From the human T2T-CHM13v2.0 reference genome, Homo sapiens, in assembly GCF_009914755.1 (NCBI RefSeq), contig NC_060947.1: a DNA stretch of 64,000 bases, one strand, 5' to 3'. The first letter of the stretch is position 1. Every line of letters starts with the position of its first letter. The notes beneath the pieces were generated by a model, which saw only the letters and a program-made list of their open reading frames with translations, searched no databases and was not told the DNA's origin. The position numbers were made by a program, and so were the translations under genes. Shown piece by piece: positions 27,836 through 42,820 of this stretch.

Positions 27836-30800
27836 TGGCAAGCAGTGTATGCTGAAAAAGCACCAGTTATAATTATTAGAGTAGAAAATAAACAATTTGT
27901 TACAGCACTCCTTGTAAACTCACCCCAATCATGTTCCCTGCTCCAAAACTATCTTTTATCTTTTTAAAAACAGCCTGAGTGAAATCCTCAGCAAAAATGT
28001 TTTTAAAAATCTATTTTTCACTAATGTGGAAATTACTTGTACTTCCTAGACATGTATGGAATTTAGGATAATGTCTAGGAGTATCAGTGGCCAAAGGAAT
28101 GTTTCTACAATAGTTTACTTTTAGACAGTGTGTGATCATTGGTAGGAAAATATTTGGGGCCCTTCTGTATTAGGGAGTTCCTAAGATTTAGATAGAAATT
28201 ACACAGCTTAATGAATAACCACATACTAACCTGCTGCAAGACGTACCTGAAATTTATTGTATTCTTTTAGCTCTTTATCCATTTAAGTACAAAATCTAAC
28301 AAGCCAAGTTACTGCATTTTTTAAGTGCCTATGGTGTGCCTGATACCTTGTTGGGTGTAGAAGGGCACAATCAATGAGGATTAAGATCTATCTCCCTATT
28401 AACTGGTAAACAAAGATGACTGTACTTTTCACACTTAGAGAAGAGTCAAGATTCAATATAACAATAGTAGAAGGTAATATGAAGAAGACTTATACCTTGA
28501 TGAATTAAGAAATATTTGAGCCTCCATTTCCTCATCTAAAGTTCACTTAATACTCTATTTTCCTTTCTTATTTCATTGTGTTCCTGACAGGATCAAATGA
28601 GATCACATGTGTAAAAGAGACTGTGTTAACTGTGTACAAATATTAGATGCTGATGAAGTATTGATACTGCAATATGGGAATGAATGTTATAGCAGTAGCA
28701 ACCTACTGCAAGATGGGAAAGGAGAAACTGCCCATATGAACTGGAAGCAGATGGACTCCAGGAGCTTCCACCAAAGGACTCTGCCTGATATCAGCAGCAC
28801 CACAAGCACACATGAAGAAGAAACCTACCACCCTACTGCGTTTGGGTGGTGGTGAGGATGAAGTAAAAAATGTAAATAAGGTTCTTAGTACAATAACTGG
28901 CATATAGTATTATCATCATCCTTTTGCCACTGTTATCATATTAGTAGTAGTAGTATTAGTAGTAGCAGTAATTAATGTACATAGAATGGCCTAAACTATG
29001 TTCTTGTTCTTTCACAGTTCTGAAAGAAACTGAAAGCATTAGTAAGTTTCTATTCTGAAGTCAGTTTAGAAGCCTCTTACTGCCACTGAATAACCTGTGT
29101 ATCAGTAGTCTGGAGCCTTCTTTCTACCAAATTATTGTTCTTTGTAATATAGGTATAATTTTTAATGTTCAGCTCTGCATGAGAAAAATAAACTGTTGTA
29201 AATTTCAATGTTTATTAATTAAGACAAATATATAGAGAATATTGTTTTACTTACATAGTATGAAAACCCGATACAGCATCCTACCTAGATTGGGAAACAG
29301 GCTTCTATACCATACATGTATTTTGTTTCATAAAATTATCAAATATTCTACATTCTTCCCTTAGAGTGGTATTTCTCATCCTTCAGAGAACTCTAAGGAA
29401 CTCTAGAATGGATTCATGAACCTATTTGAGAAACACTGACATAAGAAAGTTAAATCATATTATGGAAATGTGTTTTGGTGATGCATTGCCATTTTAAAAA
29501 ACAAGTACTGGTAAAATAATTCAACCTGAGTAAGAGTGAACACTCAAAAGGAGTGTTACCATTTTGATATTAAAACAATGTTTCTTAAACTTAAGAAGTG
29601 TTAGATCACCAAGAACATATTTGCAGACACCCAAATGTTGCAGACCATAGTTGAGAAGCAATGGTGCTTTTCTAGCTTCTAAGTGATTTGACATAACGAA
29701 TAGGTGTTAATAGAAGGATGCTGTCTGACTGCCTCTAAGAATATCTTAGGAAATTGGTTGATATCTGTGGCTGAGCTATGCTAATGGCATGAATACTTTG
29801 GATATTATTTTCAAGTGGTTTGAATAAATTCTCTTTCCTTATGTAAAATCCTAACACTTATACCTGTGGTTGCCCTGGAAAGTGAAAAATAATTAAAAAA
29901 CAGTTCACAGACATGAAATGCAAACGATTATGATAATCTTCATAAAGGTCTCATAGCAGATTGGCCACAAGTTGATAACTGTTGAAGCTCAGTGATAGGA
30001 ACACTGTTTACTCTGCTTCATTTTGCACAAAATTTTCCACGAGAAAAAAAAATCAACCTGATAGCTACATAACTACAAGAAATAACTCTGTAAGAAAATG
30101 TTATGGAAAATGTCTCTATCATGGCAGATATACCATAAGTAAAACTGGCTTTGACTTTGCACTAATGGCCATTGTCCTCAGATATGTAGCTTTGTGCTTC
30201 TACATAAAATAATATTCCCAGATTTTAGTGTCAGAAGAGTAATAAAGATCACCTGATGCCAGAGGACAAACTATTAACACAATTCAGAGCATTATTCTAA
30301 TAATTTCTGTGTGGCATTCTTTGACAAGTCTTCTTTTTCTTAATCTACAAATTTAAATTATTGAATCCATATAAAAACCCAATGATGTATCCTTCCACTG
30401 CATCTTGGGCAAAGGTTGGTGGTACCTGCAGATACCCTGGACCACCCGTGTGACATTTGGTTGATATCTTGACAATAACTCTGTGCCTACGTATTAAGAT
30501 TTGTTTGTATACAAGATGCTGCCTTTATCATTTGTGATTTTTAGTGATAATCTCATTGGCTAGTGCCTTCTCTTAAGCCCTTACTAGTAGAAAATTTGCT
30601 TAAGACAAGAGGAATTATTGTAGAGCTTTATAGTAAACTATATATGAGAAGAATCCACAGCATATCATATAAAAAGTAACTCCAAACTGAGGCAGGTTGA
30701 CATAGCATAAACATAATGCTGTCACCAGGCTATTGATTTCATTTTTAATTTTAATCCTGGAACATTGCCTGACATTCTAAATACTAGTAAGAAACAAACC

Positions 30801-31649
30801 TGCAATAATACAATATATACAATGCCTTATTTTAGATTGAGGTGCAGCAGGGGTGGTGAAAGTTCTTATTTATTTGAGTCTTATAGATAGGATTATATTA
30901 TTGATCCATTCAGGGCCAGTTACTTGTTTGCTTCAGGCAAGAATACACACTTGTTGGCATAGGAATCCCAGGAATCTGATTTTACTACATGGAATTCATC
31001 AAAATATTCAAAAGGAGGCATTTAAATGGGAAATTCCTTCTATTCAAGATTAAAGACCAGATTCTTTTGTTACCAATTGTCTCTGGAAGTAAATTACACT
31101 GCTGTCAGTTATACAACCTTTTAAATAATAGGACGTGGCATAATAAATATAAAACAGTCTATAAGTCAGAAAACCTGAGTTCTAGTTCAGGCTCCTTTAA
31201 TACTACCTTGTTACATACCCTTAAGCAAATCATTTAATCTCATTGTTATGGTCAAAGGGTCACAGAATTATAGCTATTCTATTACCATAACACTAAATAG
31301 CACAAGATGGCAGGAAAAGTCAAAAATAGATAATTTTATTGAAACAAAATTGTTCTAAGCTAATATCTTTGTCCATCGCTACAGCATACAACTGCGAGAA
31401 CACCAAAGGGGTAGAAAAAATTCAAACTGAGCAAAAAAAGACCATGGTCTTGCATTAAACAATACAGACTGCAATATGCACAAAAATTAACAAATTGACA
31501 AGTTCCTTGGTTTCTGCAGGAGCAATGGAACAAGAATGAGTGAAATCGAAGGGACATGACTTAGTAAGATGTTTGAGGGAAAGGGACAGGGCTAGAGAGA
31601 CCAGAGATGTCTTTCTACAGGGTGCATTAAGTGTGCAAGGGGGTCATTA

Positions 31650-32022
31650 GGGCTGCTCACTGAACATTTTCAGCTCTCCACCTTCAGGGCACATGGTAGG
31701 ATAATACTTGATGTCCCTTAACTAGCCCCAATCAAAGCTGACCAATGGTGTATGAGAAAAAAGTGTCATATCCTTTCCAGGAATCATATTTAATTGGTGA
31801 TGCAGTGTGAGACCTCCAGAACTCTCTTTCCTTCTGCCATGATAATAAGCAGTGTTCCAGATGGTGGCTGGTCCATCTAGGTCCTAGAGGGAGGACTCTG
31901 TAATGTCCCCCAGGTGACTCATTATGGACACGTAGCATAAACAAGAAGAAACTTAGGTTATTTTAAGCTACTGAGATTTGGGGAGTTGTTTGCTATGACA
32001 GCATAACCTACCCTATCCTGAA
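31650..32022 (+). mobile_element. Old MaLR LTR (MLT1I/J-like)
   Basis: Ends ttattttaagctactgagatttggggagttgtttgctatgacagcataacctaccctatcctga. Confidence 0.7.
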
Positions 32023-33611
32023 AGAATGGATGGCAGTTAGGAGTTCAAGCACTCTACCCAACAGAGGCAAAGATAGCTTGGCTGTTTTCCTCCAGGCAGT
32101 TGAGCCTCAGTAGGGGCCTTAGTGCTTCTCAGAGGATTGTGCCTTAAAATACTGTAGGATTCTATTATGAATATGAACAAAAGTATGTCACTGTTACTGG
32201 CATCTAATAGTGGACATGAAAAGATAAAGGCACAATTCAGGACAGGGCAGCCTCAGGGGACTGGTATAAATGCTTCTTCTCATTCTGCTCCAAGTAAATA
32301 GTGATTAAAAGTCATATGGCTCTTCAATGGTCCATCCAGAATAACTGGCCCCAGCCCAGCTTGAGACAAGCAGGTGTCCTTCATAATAGTGTTGACGCTT
32401 TCATTTGTCAGTCTATTTAGTAGCAGAATGAGCAAAAAGCTGAATAAACAAGCAGGGGAGAACTACATTTTTACTTTCTGAGGTCCTTAAAAGTGACCGG
32501 GCCAACAATAGTGTTACAAGCTTTAGGAGATGAAATTAAATTTATATCTCTATATAATTTAACGCTAACTAGTCTTTACCTAAATGATTTTCTCCTGAAG
32601 ACTCTACAGATTACTGATACTGTCTAACCGGAACTACTAGTAGTTATAAGGCTGCTAGTAAGCTAATGAACAGCAGTGCAGGACATTGAGGCAGTATTTG
32701 CTGGCTGTCTTTTTGCCATGATCTCTGTCCATTAGCAACATCTTGAATACAGAGCTGGAAGATGATGAGATGCAACACAGTGGTATGAGGATTAATTGCT
32801 AATAACAGCTAAATTTATTGAGCGCATACAACAATCAGGTGCTTTGGGAACATTACAGCTAATTCTCACAACCACATGAGTTAGGCATTATATTTTCTAA
32901 ATGAGGAGACTGGGGAATATCAAGAGAGTGCAGAAGCTAAGGGAAGGGAAATAATCTAGAAGGACAAGTGAGCCAAGAGTAAGAATCTGCAGGTAGTTCA
33001 ATGAGGATAAGGATGAAAAGAAGCCATTGGATTTAGTGATGAGGAAGTGAACTTTAAGAAATTAATCTCAATGAACTGGTTAGATAGAAAGCTAGAATAC
33101 AAAAAGCTAAGCAATAAATGAGTGGCAGAAAAGTATATGCACTAGCTGTAGACAATTTTTGCACGAAATCTGGTACTTTGCCAGAGATTTATCCATGTAA
33201 ATCTCATTAAAGCTATGGACCTTTTCCCCAGAAAAGTCCAGACACACATCAAATTCTACATACAATTTGAGGGTGCTCATAGACCTACCTGAAACTAACT
33301 TAAGAACCCCAGGTTAGAAATGAACGATATACACCAAATTTATGATGGTGGAGGCGGGGCCATGGAAGTGGTACATAAGTGGTTTCATTTGCATTGGCAG
33401 TGTTTTACTTCTTAAGCTGGGTGATGGTCATATATGTGTTCATTATGTTACTTTATGTCATATTCATATAAATGATATTATAGCTTTTTGTTGCCTAAAA
33501 TATTTCATACTAATTTTTAAAATAGAAAAATGGCTACATAGCATAACATCTTTGTTTGAAGAATGCACATTAAAGTATTTGAGGGTAATGTGGCATCATA
33601 TTGGCAACTTA

Positions 33612-33935
<324 letters not shown>

Positions 33936-36280
33936 ATTTGTACTATACTTGAAACTATTCTGTAATTTTGAAACTGTTTCAAAATGTTACAAAGACAGTA
34001 AGAGACAGCACTAAAAGGAAAACAAATTGACAAACAAAAATCCATAAATGAACACATACTCTCGAAGGAATTCAGGAGGGCACAACCAAACTTCCAGAGG
34101 AATATACACATAGAAATGTATAGAGAGATCCTTTGAAATACAGAAAGGAACTGCCACCAATCTGACTCTAAAACGCAATGTTTTAGGTCAAAAATCTTCT
34201 CCCTGCTGACTTATACTCTGAAAACTAAAAGTCCATGGACAAAGAAGGAGCAATCTCAGCACCTTTGGCTATCCTAGCCGTTAGGTTGAATGGGAGCCTC
34301 AACCTACTTTCATGGTTTCAAGGACTGGAAAGTTTAGGCTGAGGGCTCAAAACAGGTGCTGGACATCAAAACAGGGAAAGCTACAGGTCTCTTCTAACAT
34401 GACCATTGTGCCTTCCATTCTTCCAGTAGTCCTAGGTTGGGGTGCAGTAGAGGGATTTGGCAGGACAGAAAAACAGAAGAATTTGGAAGTTTAAGGATTG
34501 CAGCTGCAAACTCCCTGACACAGAATATACTGTTGGAAGAGTCTCATCACTTCACTAAGATATAAAACTGAGAAAATGATGTTTTTGCCTTTAGTTTGCG
34601 ATTTCTTTAATTCTTCAGACAACAAAACTGAAAATCTTACTAAATTTGATGCCCACTATGTCAGTTTCAAATCTTGTCTTCTAAGTTTCCTTTGAGGGAA
34701 GAATGCTTAAACAAATGGCAATAAACACATAGAAAATTTACAAGGCAAAACGTTATGTGATGTGGTGTACTGTGAGAACTAGATTTGGCAATTGACCAGT
34801 TAAATGTGAGAAACATGCTTCCAATGGACAGAAATCAAATGGTTGGCATCAAGTTCTTAACAATAACCCTAACATCAACAATAATAATAGCAAATAAGAT
34901 TTAATTAACACTTGCTGAGTGCCAAGAGTAATGCTAAGAGTGTTATGTACATTATCTCTTTTAAGCATCTCAATAACTCTATGAAGTAAATCCCATTATT
35001 TCACAAATGTAACAGTGGAACACAAAAAAGTTAAGATGACTTCCTCAAGTAGAAACAGCTAGGAATGGCAAAGAAAGAACAGTTTTAAACCTCGATCTAA
35101 CATTCTGGTTCCAGCACCTCACTTACAGTAACATCTCTCCAAATAGAAGCTCTCATTATTAATAACATGATTATTAAATGCACACACCTCTGACTTCTGA
35201 CACCTACAAAGCACTGATTGCTATTTGGGGGAAATATTGACATGATCAAAGGTCTTTTGCTCATTGTTCTTAATGCAGGATAATTTTTTGTACATATAAC
35301 TCCCTGTATCCTATATATCTAACATAGATATACTTACCAAGAGTCTACAATCTATCTTTTTATAATAAAGGCTTTCCTTTAAACACAGTCTTTACTTTTA
35401 GTTTCTTCCCTCTTAACCACTTTTATCTTTCCCCTGTTCAAGAAGTTGTAACAACACCCACATCCCCAATCAAAGCCAATTCTTCCCTCTGCCTTGAGGT
35501 TAAGGTCTCCATAGCCTGACCCTGTTCCAACTGTCCACAGTCGTTTCCCTTTACTCCATAATAATCATCCTGTGCTCTAGCTCTTCTCACTGCCCTCCAC
35601 TCAACCATGTTCATCCCTGCTAGAACTGTAGTGTATGATTCTTCATAGGGTTCACTGCAAAAGAAAACCCGATTGATGGGGCAAATGGGGGCAGAAGTCC
35701 AGCCTGCTCATTGCTTACCAATGAGTGTGGCATGGCACAGAACTATGACTGCCTAGAGGAAGGAGTGCCTTTTTCTAATATCCTCAAAGATTCTGTATGG
35801 GGTGGCAGCACTCTGATTCCTCCTACATGTTTTAATTTATGCTTTCTGATCAGCCCGTCCCTCCAATATTTAATAGGACTGCATTTTGAAAGCAAAGATA
35901 AGTCATCAATCCAGATAAATACAAATATATTTGTGTATTTACTTGTTTTTCTAGAAGTTTTCTTTAGAAGAAATCATAAAATCAAGGATGTCCTGGAAAA
36001 TCTAGAATATATAATATAGATATTAATTACTCATTTTCTACTATTTCTTTAAGACCCAGCAAGAATCATACTTCTGTGACGCCTTCCCTAACTACAATCC
36101 ATATTGACCTCTCCCTTCTTACACCTTCTGTAGCATTTTATTCTGTCTTATGGAGTTTAATGACTGATTACCATATGATATAGTGTATTGAAACTGTGGA
36201 AGTAACTGAAATTGTGCTGTTTGAAATTTTGGCAGTTCCACAATATCAGATTTTAATTTCATTTAAAAAAACATATTTTA

Positions 36281-36610
<330 letters not shown>

Positions 36611-36709
36611 TTATAAAACAAAGTATGCACCATTCAAATGGGTTACATACCAAACATTAACACACTGGAAACCAACACTGATTGTATTAATGGGTGCTGC
36701 CCAGTTAAC

Positions 36710-36713
<4 letters not shown>

Positions 36714-36758
<45 letters not shown>

Positions 36759-36807
36759 CAGAGAGACAGAGAGACAGAGAGGAGAGAGAGGAGAGAGACA
36801 AAGAGAG
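36714..36807. repeat. Compound (TG)n(AG)n microsatellite
   Basis: Seen directly. Confidence 0.95.
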
Positions 36808-36993
36808 CGTGAATTATGTGTGCAGACCTGGAAATATAGGTTTTCTTGCTATTTCTGTTTAACTGCAGAGCATCCTGAGATAGCAAGATAAAAAAGCCCT
36901 CACCCCATGATGTTCACTATTACATCAGGATTTTCTCAACATTCTATAAAATAAACAGAAATAAACTGGAGATTAAGACTTCTATAGCTCTCA

Positions 36994-37343
<350 letters not shown>

Positions 37344-39609
37344 TCAAGCTCTTCCTTCTTACTGACTTTATAAATTACTGTTAAAAATTTGAATTGTTAA
37401 TAAATACATTGATATTTCTGGGGAGGGCATATGAGATTTAGTTTGGGGGAAAAGGGGTCTACTGTCGTAAATTTTGAAAAATGTTCTAATAGAGTGTCCC
37501 ATTTTTCTTCATTATCAACAGCAACCTCAACATCAGTATCTATGAGCATGTTCTGGATATTTAGTTGCATGCTAGGTGCTAGACGGTATTTATGCAACTT
37601 AATCATATCTAAAAGACAATATAAATCTCATACATCTAAGGTTTGTTCCAGTCCTTAAGGGATCTGCTACACTCACAGAGTTTAGAAATCTAGGCATTTT
37701 AAATTTTCTTTGCCAATCCTCTTCCCTTGGGTACGGAAAAATGGTCACTCAAAGTTGTACAGAGCAAGGAAAAATATAACTAACATTAATTCCCTCCGCA
37801 AGAGAAAAATCTGTCTCCCAAAAGACCAATTCAGCCTCAGAGCCAGAGGTGCCAGACAATTCTGGGAAAGCTTGGTCTCTCTGAGGTAAATGTTGTAGAG
37901 CTTTATGACCAGGAAATTTTCCACTGAATAACACCAACTCCCCCTCAATACAAGCAAACCAGACTGAAAGATAATGGCAAACTAGCCTTATTGTTGTTAG
38001 ACAAAGGGGAACTGGGACTTCAAAGATGCCTGGGGCGGTGTCTTTGGGCATAATCTTTAGTTGGGAAGCAGGTCTCTACAGGAAATCACAAAGGTAGGGC
38101 AGCAGAGGTAGAAGTGGCTTTGGGGAAACTGGAACAAGTAAAATAACAATTCTAACTCTTTTTCCCCTAGGACACTTGAAAAACAAATTCAACAAATAAT
38201 TAAACAACTTTTTTTTCCTAAATTGTCACCCAAGTGGCCTCACTACCCATTTCTAGCAGAGAGGCAATCACAATGAATGAGGGGAAAATAATAACTGCAA
38301 TAGTAATAATTTTACAGTTAATAATATATTTAATGATTTGTCCTAAGGCCGTAGTTAATAGTGGAGTTTGTGTTTGAACCTGGGGATATTTGGCTTTAAA
38401 GTTACAGCTTTTAATTTTTTAACCACTTCATAAAGAAATAGAAGGAGAAAAAATCAGGAAATGGACATCCAGAATTAAATACGGAACCCCCAAAAGGCTT
38501 GAGAATAGACACATGCCTCATGGCTTGCCTACATTTGATAAATGTGGAAGGACCAGATATATGCTGCAGGAGTGAGTCCTCCACGTATAAAGGGTTTGTT
38601 AGAGAACTGGACGCAAAATAAGTGGCCGGCAATAACTATAATGTCAATTACACCCCACATAGAGAGATATACGGTAGTACAGGTGTTAGGTAAATGCTCT
38701 GAGGAGTTACGGAGCAAGTAAGAGTGCAGAGCAGGTCTCTTTCCTATCCTCCATCCACATCTCACAAAGTTCTACCTCTCTCTTTCCTCTTCCCCTTCCC
38801 TGTGCTCTGGCTACAGTGGCTTAGTGCTTGACATAGTCCTTCCCACAATGGGGTTGACAACAATGCCTGGCACATAGTAGTCACTAAATAAATATTAGTT
38901 GAAGGGACGAAAAAACAGTGAGAAACAGAAAGACAAAAGAAGAGGAGACTTCAGAAAAATACTAACTTAACTTCCTAAGAGAAGAACAATATGTCCATCT
39001 GTAGAGACAGGAGGAAGGCAAGACAGAGGATGAAAAAAACAGGAGAAGCAGAAGGAGTGAATATGCACGTCCTGTTAAGCCAACATCACAAGTATAACTG
39101 TGACCTAAACATCAGCTACATGAGGACAAGACAGGAGATGGAATTGGATGGGTAGGCAGGGCCAGATCAGATACTCCATGGGTGTAGGGAGCTTCCACAA
39201 ATGTTAGAGTGGCATGATCAATTTGTGTTTTAGAATAAGCTCTTTGCTTTCAGAGAGGATGGATATCAGGAAAGCCAATGAGGAGGCAGTGAAAGTCTGA
39301 AACTGGAACAGTTAGGTCTGCTGTAGGGAGTCCGGATAAGAGATGATAAAAAACTTAAATTAAAGAGATAGCACAGTAGAGTGGGCTTTAACTCTGCCAT
39401 TTGTTGGGTTTGTGACCTTAGATAAATCAGTTAATCTCTCTGGGATGAGAATATTTGTCCCTCACAGGGTTGTCTTGAGCAGCTAACAAAATAATATATG
39501 ATAAAGTGCTTTGTAAACTTGAAAGACTTGAAAACATATGTTACTATTATGGTGGTGAAATTGGGATAAAGAGATGAGGGGGACAACTGAGAAATATGGC
39601 CATTGTCCC

Positions 39610-39832
39610 CAGGGATGTCCAATCTTTTGGCTGTCCTGGGCCACATTGGAAGAAAAAGCATTGTCTTGGGCCACAAATAAAATACAGTAATACTAACAAT
39701 AGCTAATGAGCTAAAAAAAAAAAGCAAATATATCTCGTAATGTTTTAAGAAAGTTTACCAATTTGTGTTAGGCCGCATTCAAAGCCGTCCTGGGCCATAT
39801 GCGGCCCTTGGGGCACAAGTTGGACAAGTTTG
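39610..39832 (+). mobile_element. MER30 (hAT-Charlie non-autonomous DNA transposon)
   Basis: cagggatgtccaatcttttggct..ctgggccacattggaagaa ... gttggacaagtttg; about 220 bp with short TIRs. Confidence 0.88.
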
Positions 39833-40080
39833 TTCTAGACATAAAATCTACAAATGAGAGAGCCTTCTCTGATATCTCCCTTTCTCTCATCTTATCAAAC
39901 ATCAATTGCCAAAATTGGGAAATGATTTTTAAGTCTCTGAGGATACTGGGGGGAAAAGATGGGAGAGGAATTTAGCACCTACCTGGTGCATGGCATGTTC
40001 ACATACAGCATCCACAATAATACCTCAAGAACAAAGTATAATATCATCATCCCTTTTCTGCTGATGAGAAAATTAAACCC

Positions 40081-40237
40081 TGGAGGAAGAGGGTCAGAAA
40101 AAAATAATTATTGGGTACTAGGCTTAGTACTGGGGTGATGAAATAATCTGTACAACAAACTCCTGTGACACGAGTTTACCTATGTAACAAATCTGCACAT
40201 ATGACCCCCGAACCTAAAATAAAACTTTAAAAAAAAA
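40081..40237 (+). mobile_element. Short 3' end of an older primate L1 (about L1PA13-16-like) with poly(A)
   Basis: attgggtactaggcttagtac.ggggtgatgaaataatctgtacaacaaac...gaacctaaaataaaa followed by an A-run at 40229-40237. Confidence 0.85.
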
Positions 40238-40309
40238 GATTCATGGGTTCAGGAAGGTAGAGGAAAATGTGACCAGGATGAGGAGAAGAATGGAAGTTTG
40301 TAAAATTTA

Positions 40310-41220
40310 AAATCCAAAAGGAATTTCTAGAAAAGAAAAATATAATATCTGAAATGAAAAAAAACACACAGGTGGTGTTAATATCAGATTAGACTCTGAA
40401 GAAGGAAAAATCAGTGAATATGAAGCTATAGACTTAGAAACTATCCAAAATGAAATATGTGCTTACCATATAGCAATCATACTCCTGGATACCTACCCAA
40501 GAGAAATGAAAACATGTTCACATGAGGACTTGAATATTCATAGCTTTGCTCATGATAATTAAGAACTGTAAACAACTTAAAAGTCTATGGACTGATGAAG
40601 AGAGAATTAACATGTGATATATCCATTCCTTTTATTACTCAGCAATAAAAGGAATGAACTACTGATACTTATAACAACATGGATAAATCTCAAAAGTGCT
40701 ATGCTGATTACATTTACATGAAATTCTAGAAAAGGCAAAACTACAATAATAGGAAGCAGATCAGTGGTTGCCTAGCGTGCAGAATGAGGAGGAGGGAATT
40801 GACTGCAAAAAGTGTAAGGGAACTTTCTGGGAAATAAGTGTTTTTATTACAATTGTGGAGACAGTTATAAAACTGTATACATTTGTAAAAACTTAATATA
40901 TGTTGTTGGAGGAGGAATATGGATGTGGTTATAAAAGGACAGCATGAGGGATCCTTGTTGACTTTGGTATCTTGACTGTGGCAATGGAAATCCCAACCTA
41001 CACCTGTGAGGACATTGTATAGAACAAAATACACATACAAATAAGTACGAGGAAAATGAAATAAGATCAGTGAATGTTATCAATGTCAGTATCTGGGTTG
41101 TGATATTATATTATAGTATTACAACTAGGGGAAAACTGGATAAGCGTACATAGGATCTCTCTGTACTATTTTTTACAACTGCATGTGAATCTACAATTAT
41201 CTCAATAAAAATTTCATTGA
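40310..41220 (+). mobile_element. Mosaic of old L1M fragments (ORF1-like, ORF2-end/3' UTR, L1MC-like 3' end)
   Basis: cagattagactctgaagaaggaaaaatcagtgaa; cctacccaagagaaatgaaaaca; ttacaactgcatgtgaatctacaattatctcaataaaa. Confidence 0.75.
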
Positions 41221-41469
41221 ACACTCAAAAAGAAAAAAGAAAATTAAATCTCAGAAAGGTAAAACGAGTTACTCTAAGTCACACAGCTAGGAAGTGTCAG
41301 AGGGCAGAGGCAACATTTAGACAAAAGTCTGATTCTAGAGTGCTTTCTCTTAAACATTATACTATTGAACAGGGTTGATATTTTTCCATCAATTCAATTG
41401 TTATTGGAGTTAACATTAGTAATTTTTAAGATAGACAGGGAGAAGGCAGTTTGTTGCGAGCCATTAGGA

Positions 41470-42810
41470 GATGTTTACTCATTTGAAAGTCATCTCTTGA
41501 TCACCTATGCTCAGCCTGGCAGTATCCTGGACATCCTAAGTACAAGGTTGAAGAATGTAACGTAGTCATATAAGCATAGGAATCTTACCACCACATGGAT
41601 GTGCTACCAAAGAGGCCCAAAGCTCCTTGGAAGCACAGGAGAAGGAAGAATAAATTCATTCTGAAGAGGTCTGGAACTGTTTCATAGAAAAAATTATATT
41701 TGGTCTGGGTATTAAGGATTGAGTAGGAGTTCATTAGATAGAAAAGAAGGTAGAAACAATACAGAAGGATATTCCAGAGAGAGGGACTGCATATCCAGGG
41801 GCAAAGAGATGTGAAAGAATATAAAGTGGTTTGGGAATGGTGAGAAGTTCAGTCTGAATGAAGTGTAATATACACCATGAGTTTGGAAAGAAGGACTGGT
41901 AGGAAGAAACACACAGACATGAGGCTAGAAAAGCAGTTGGGTCAGAAAATGAAAGCCCTTAAATGTGCCAAACCAAGTAGTATGCATTTTATCCTGGAAG
42001 AAAGAAGAAACCAATAAAGGCATTAAATCAGAAGATACCATAATTGGGTTTGTTGTTAGTAAAATAACTCTAGTGGCAATGTAGAGATAAGGATGGAGTC
42101 AGGAGGTAGAAAAACCAGTCAGGAGGCTACTGATGTATGAAGTTTGAAACCAACAGAATATGAATGGAAAAGCCAGATTCTACAGATTTTTGGTAAAATT
42201 ATCAAAATTTGGTGAGAATTTTGGAAATAATGAAAGCTGATGGCTGCTTCTGTAGCTTCTTGCTGAAACTTGGTGGATGGTGATGACATTTAACAAAAAT
42301 AAAAAAGATCACAGCTGGTTGGAGTGTCATGGGAAGGAGAAGAAAACAATTTCACCTTTAACTATACTGTATTTGGGGCAATAAAAATAATAATAGCTGG
42401 CTTTGGCTGAGTGCCTATACTAAACTCCAGGCACTGTTTTAAGTGTTTTGTATATATCAACTAATTGAGAGACAGGTACAAGGGGTTAGTAGGCAAATGG
42501 AAACATAGATTTAGAGCTCAAAAGAGATGTCTTGGCTGGGGATATAAATTTGATAATCATCACTATATAGGAGGCATAGTTAAAACCATTGAGGCAAGAA
42601 GACAGTAAAGAATTAAGTTTTGGAAAAAATCCACCATTTTAGGACAAGAGACTGATAAAGATTATAAATTCCATAAGAGCAAAGTTCATGGCTAACTTGT
42701 TCACCACTGTGTCACTAGGGCCTGGCATACTATCTGGAATATAGCTGTTGCTCAATAAATATTTGTTGAATTAATAGCATAAATAAAAAGATCAGAGAAG
42801 TATAAGGAGA
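41470..42810 (-). mobile_element. L2 fragments
   Basis: Purine-rich antisense L2-like text that resumes at ~44430-44700 after the Ricksha-type element and an Alu. Boundaries are approximate. Confidence 0.6.
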
Positions 42811-42820
42811 ACTAGTGAGG

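Noticed and set aside
31250-31640. Possible LTR or processed-transcript fragment with a minus-strand AATAAA
   Set aside because: I could not assign a family, TSD, poly(A) tail or coding frame by eye.
42011-42643. Two perfect CArG boxes (CCAATAAAGG 42011-42020; CCATTTTAGG 42634-42643), tempting given smooth-muscle expression
   Set aside because: Both lie in L2-like sequence, and several such 10-mers are expected by chance in 64 kb of AT-rich DNA.
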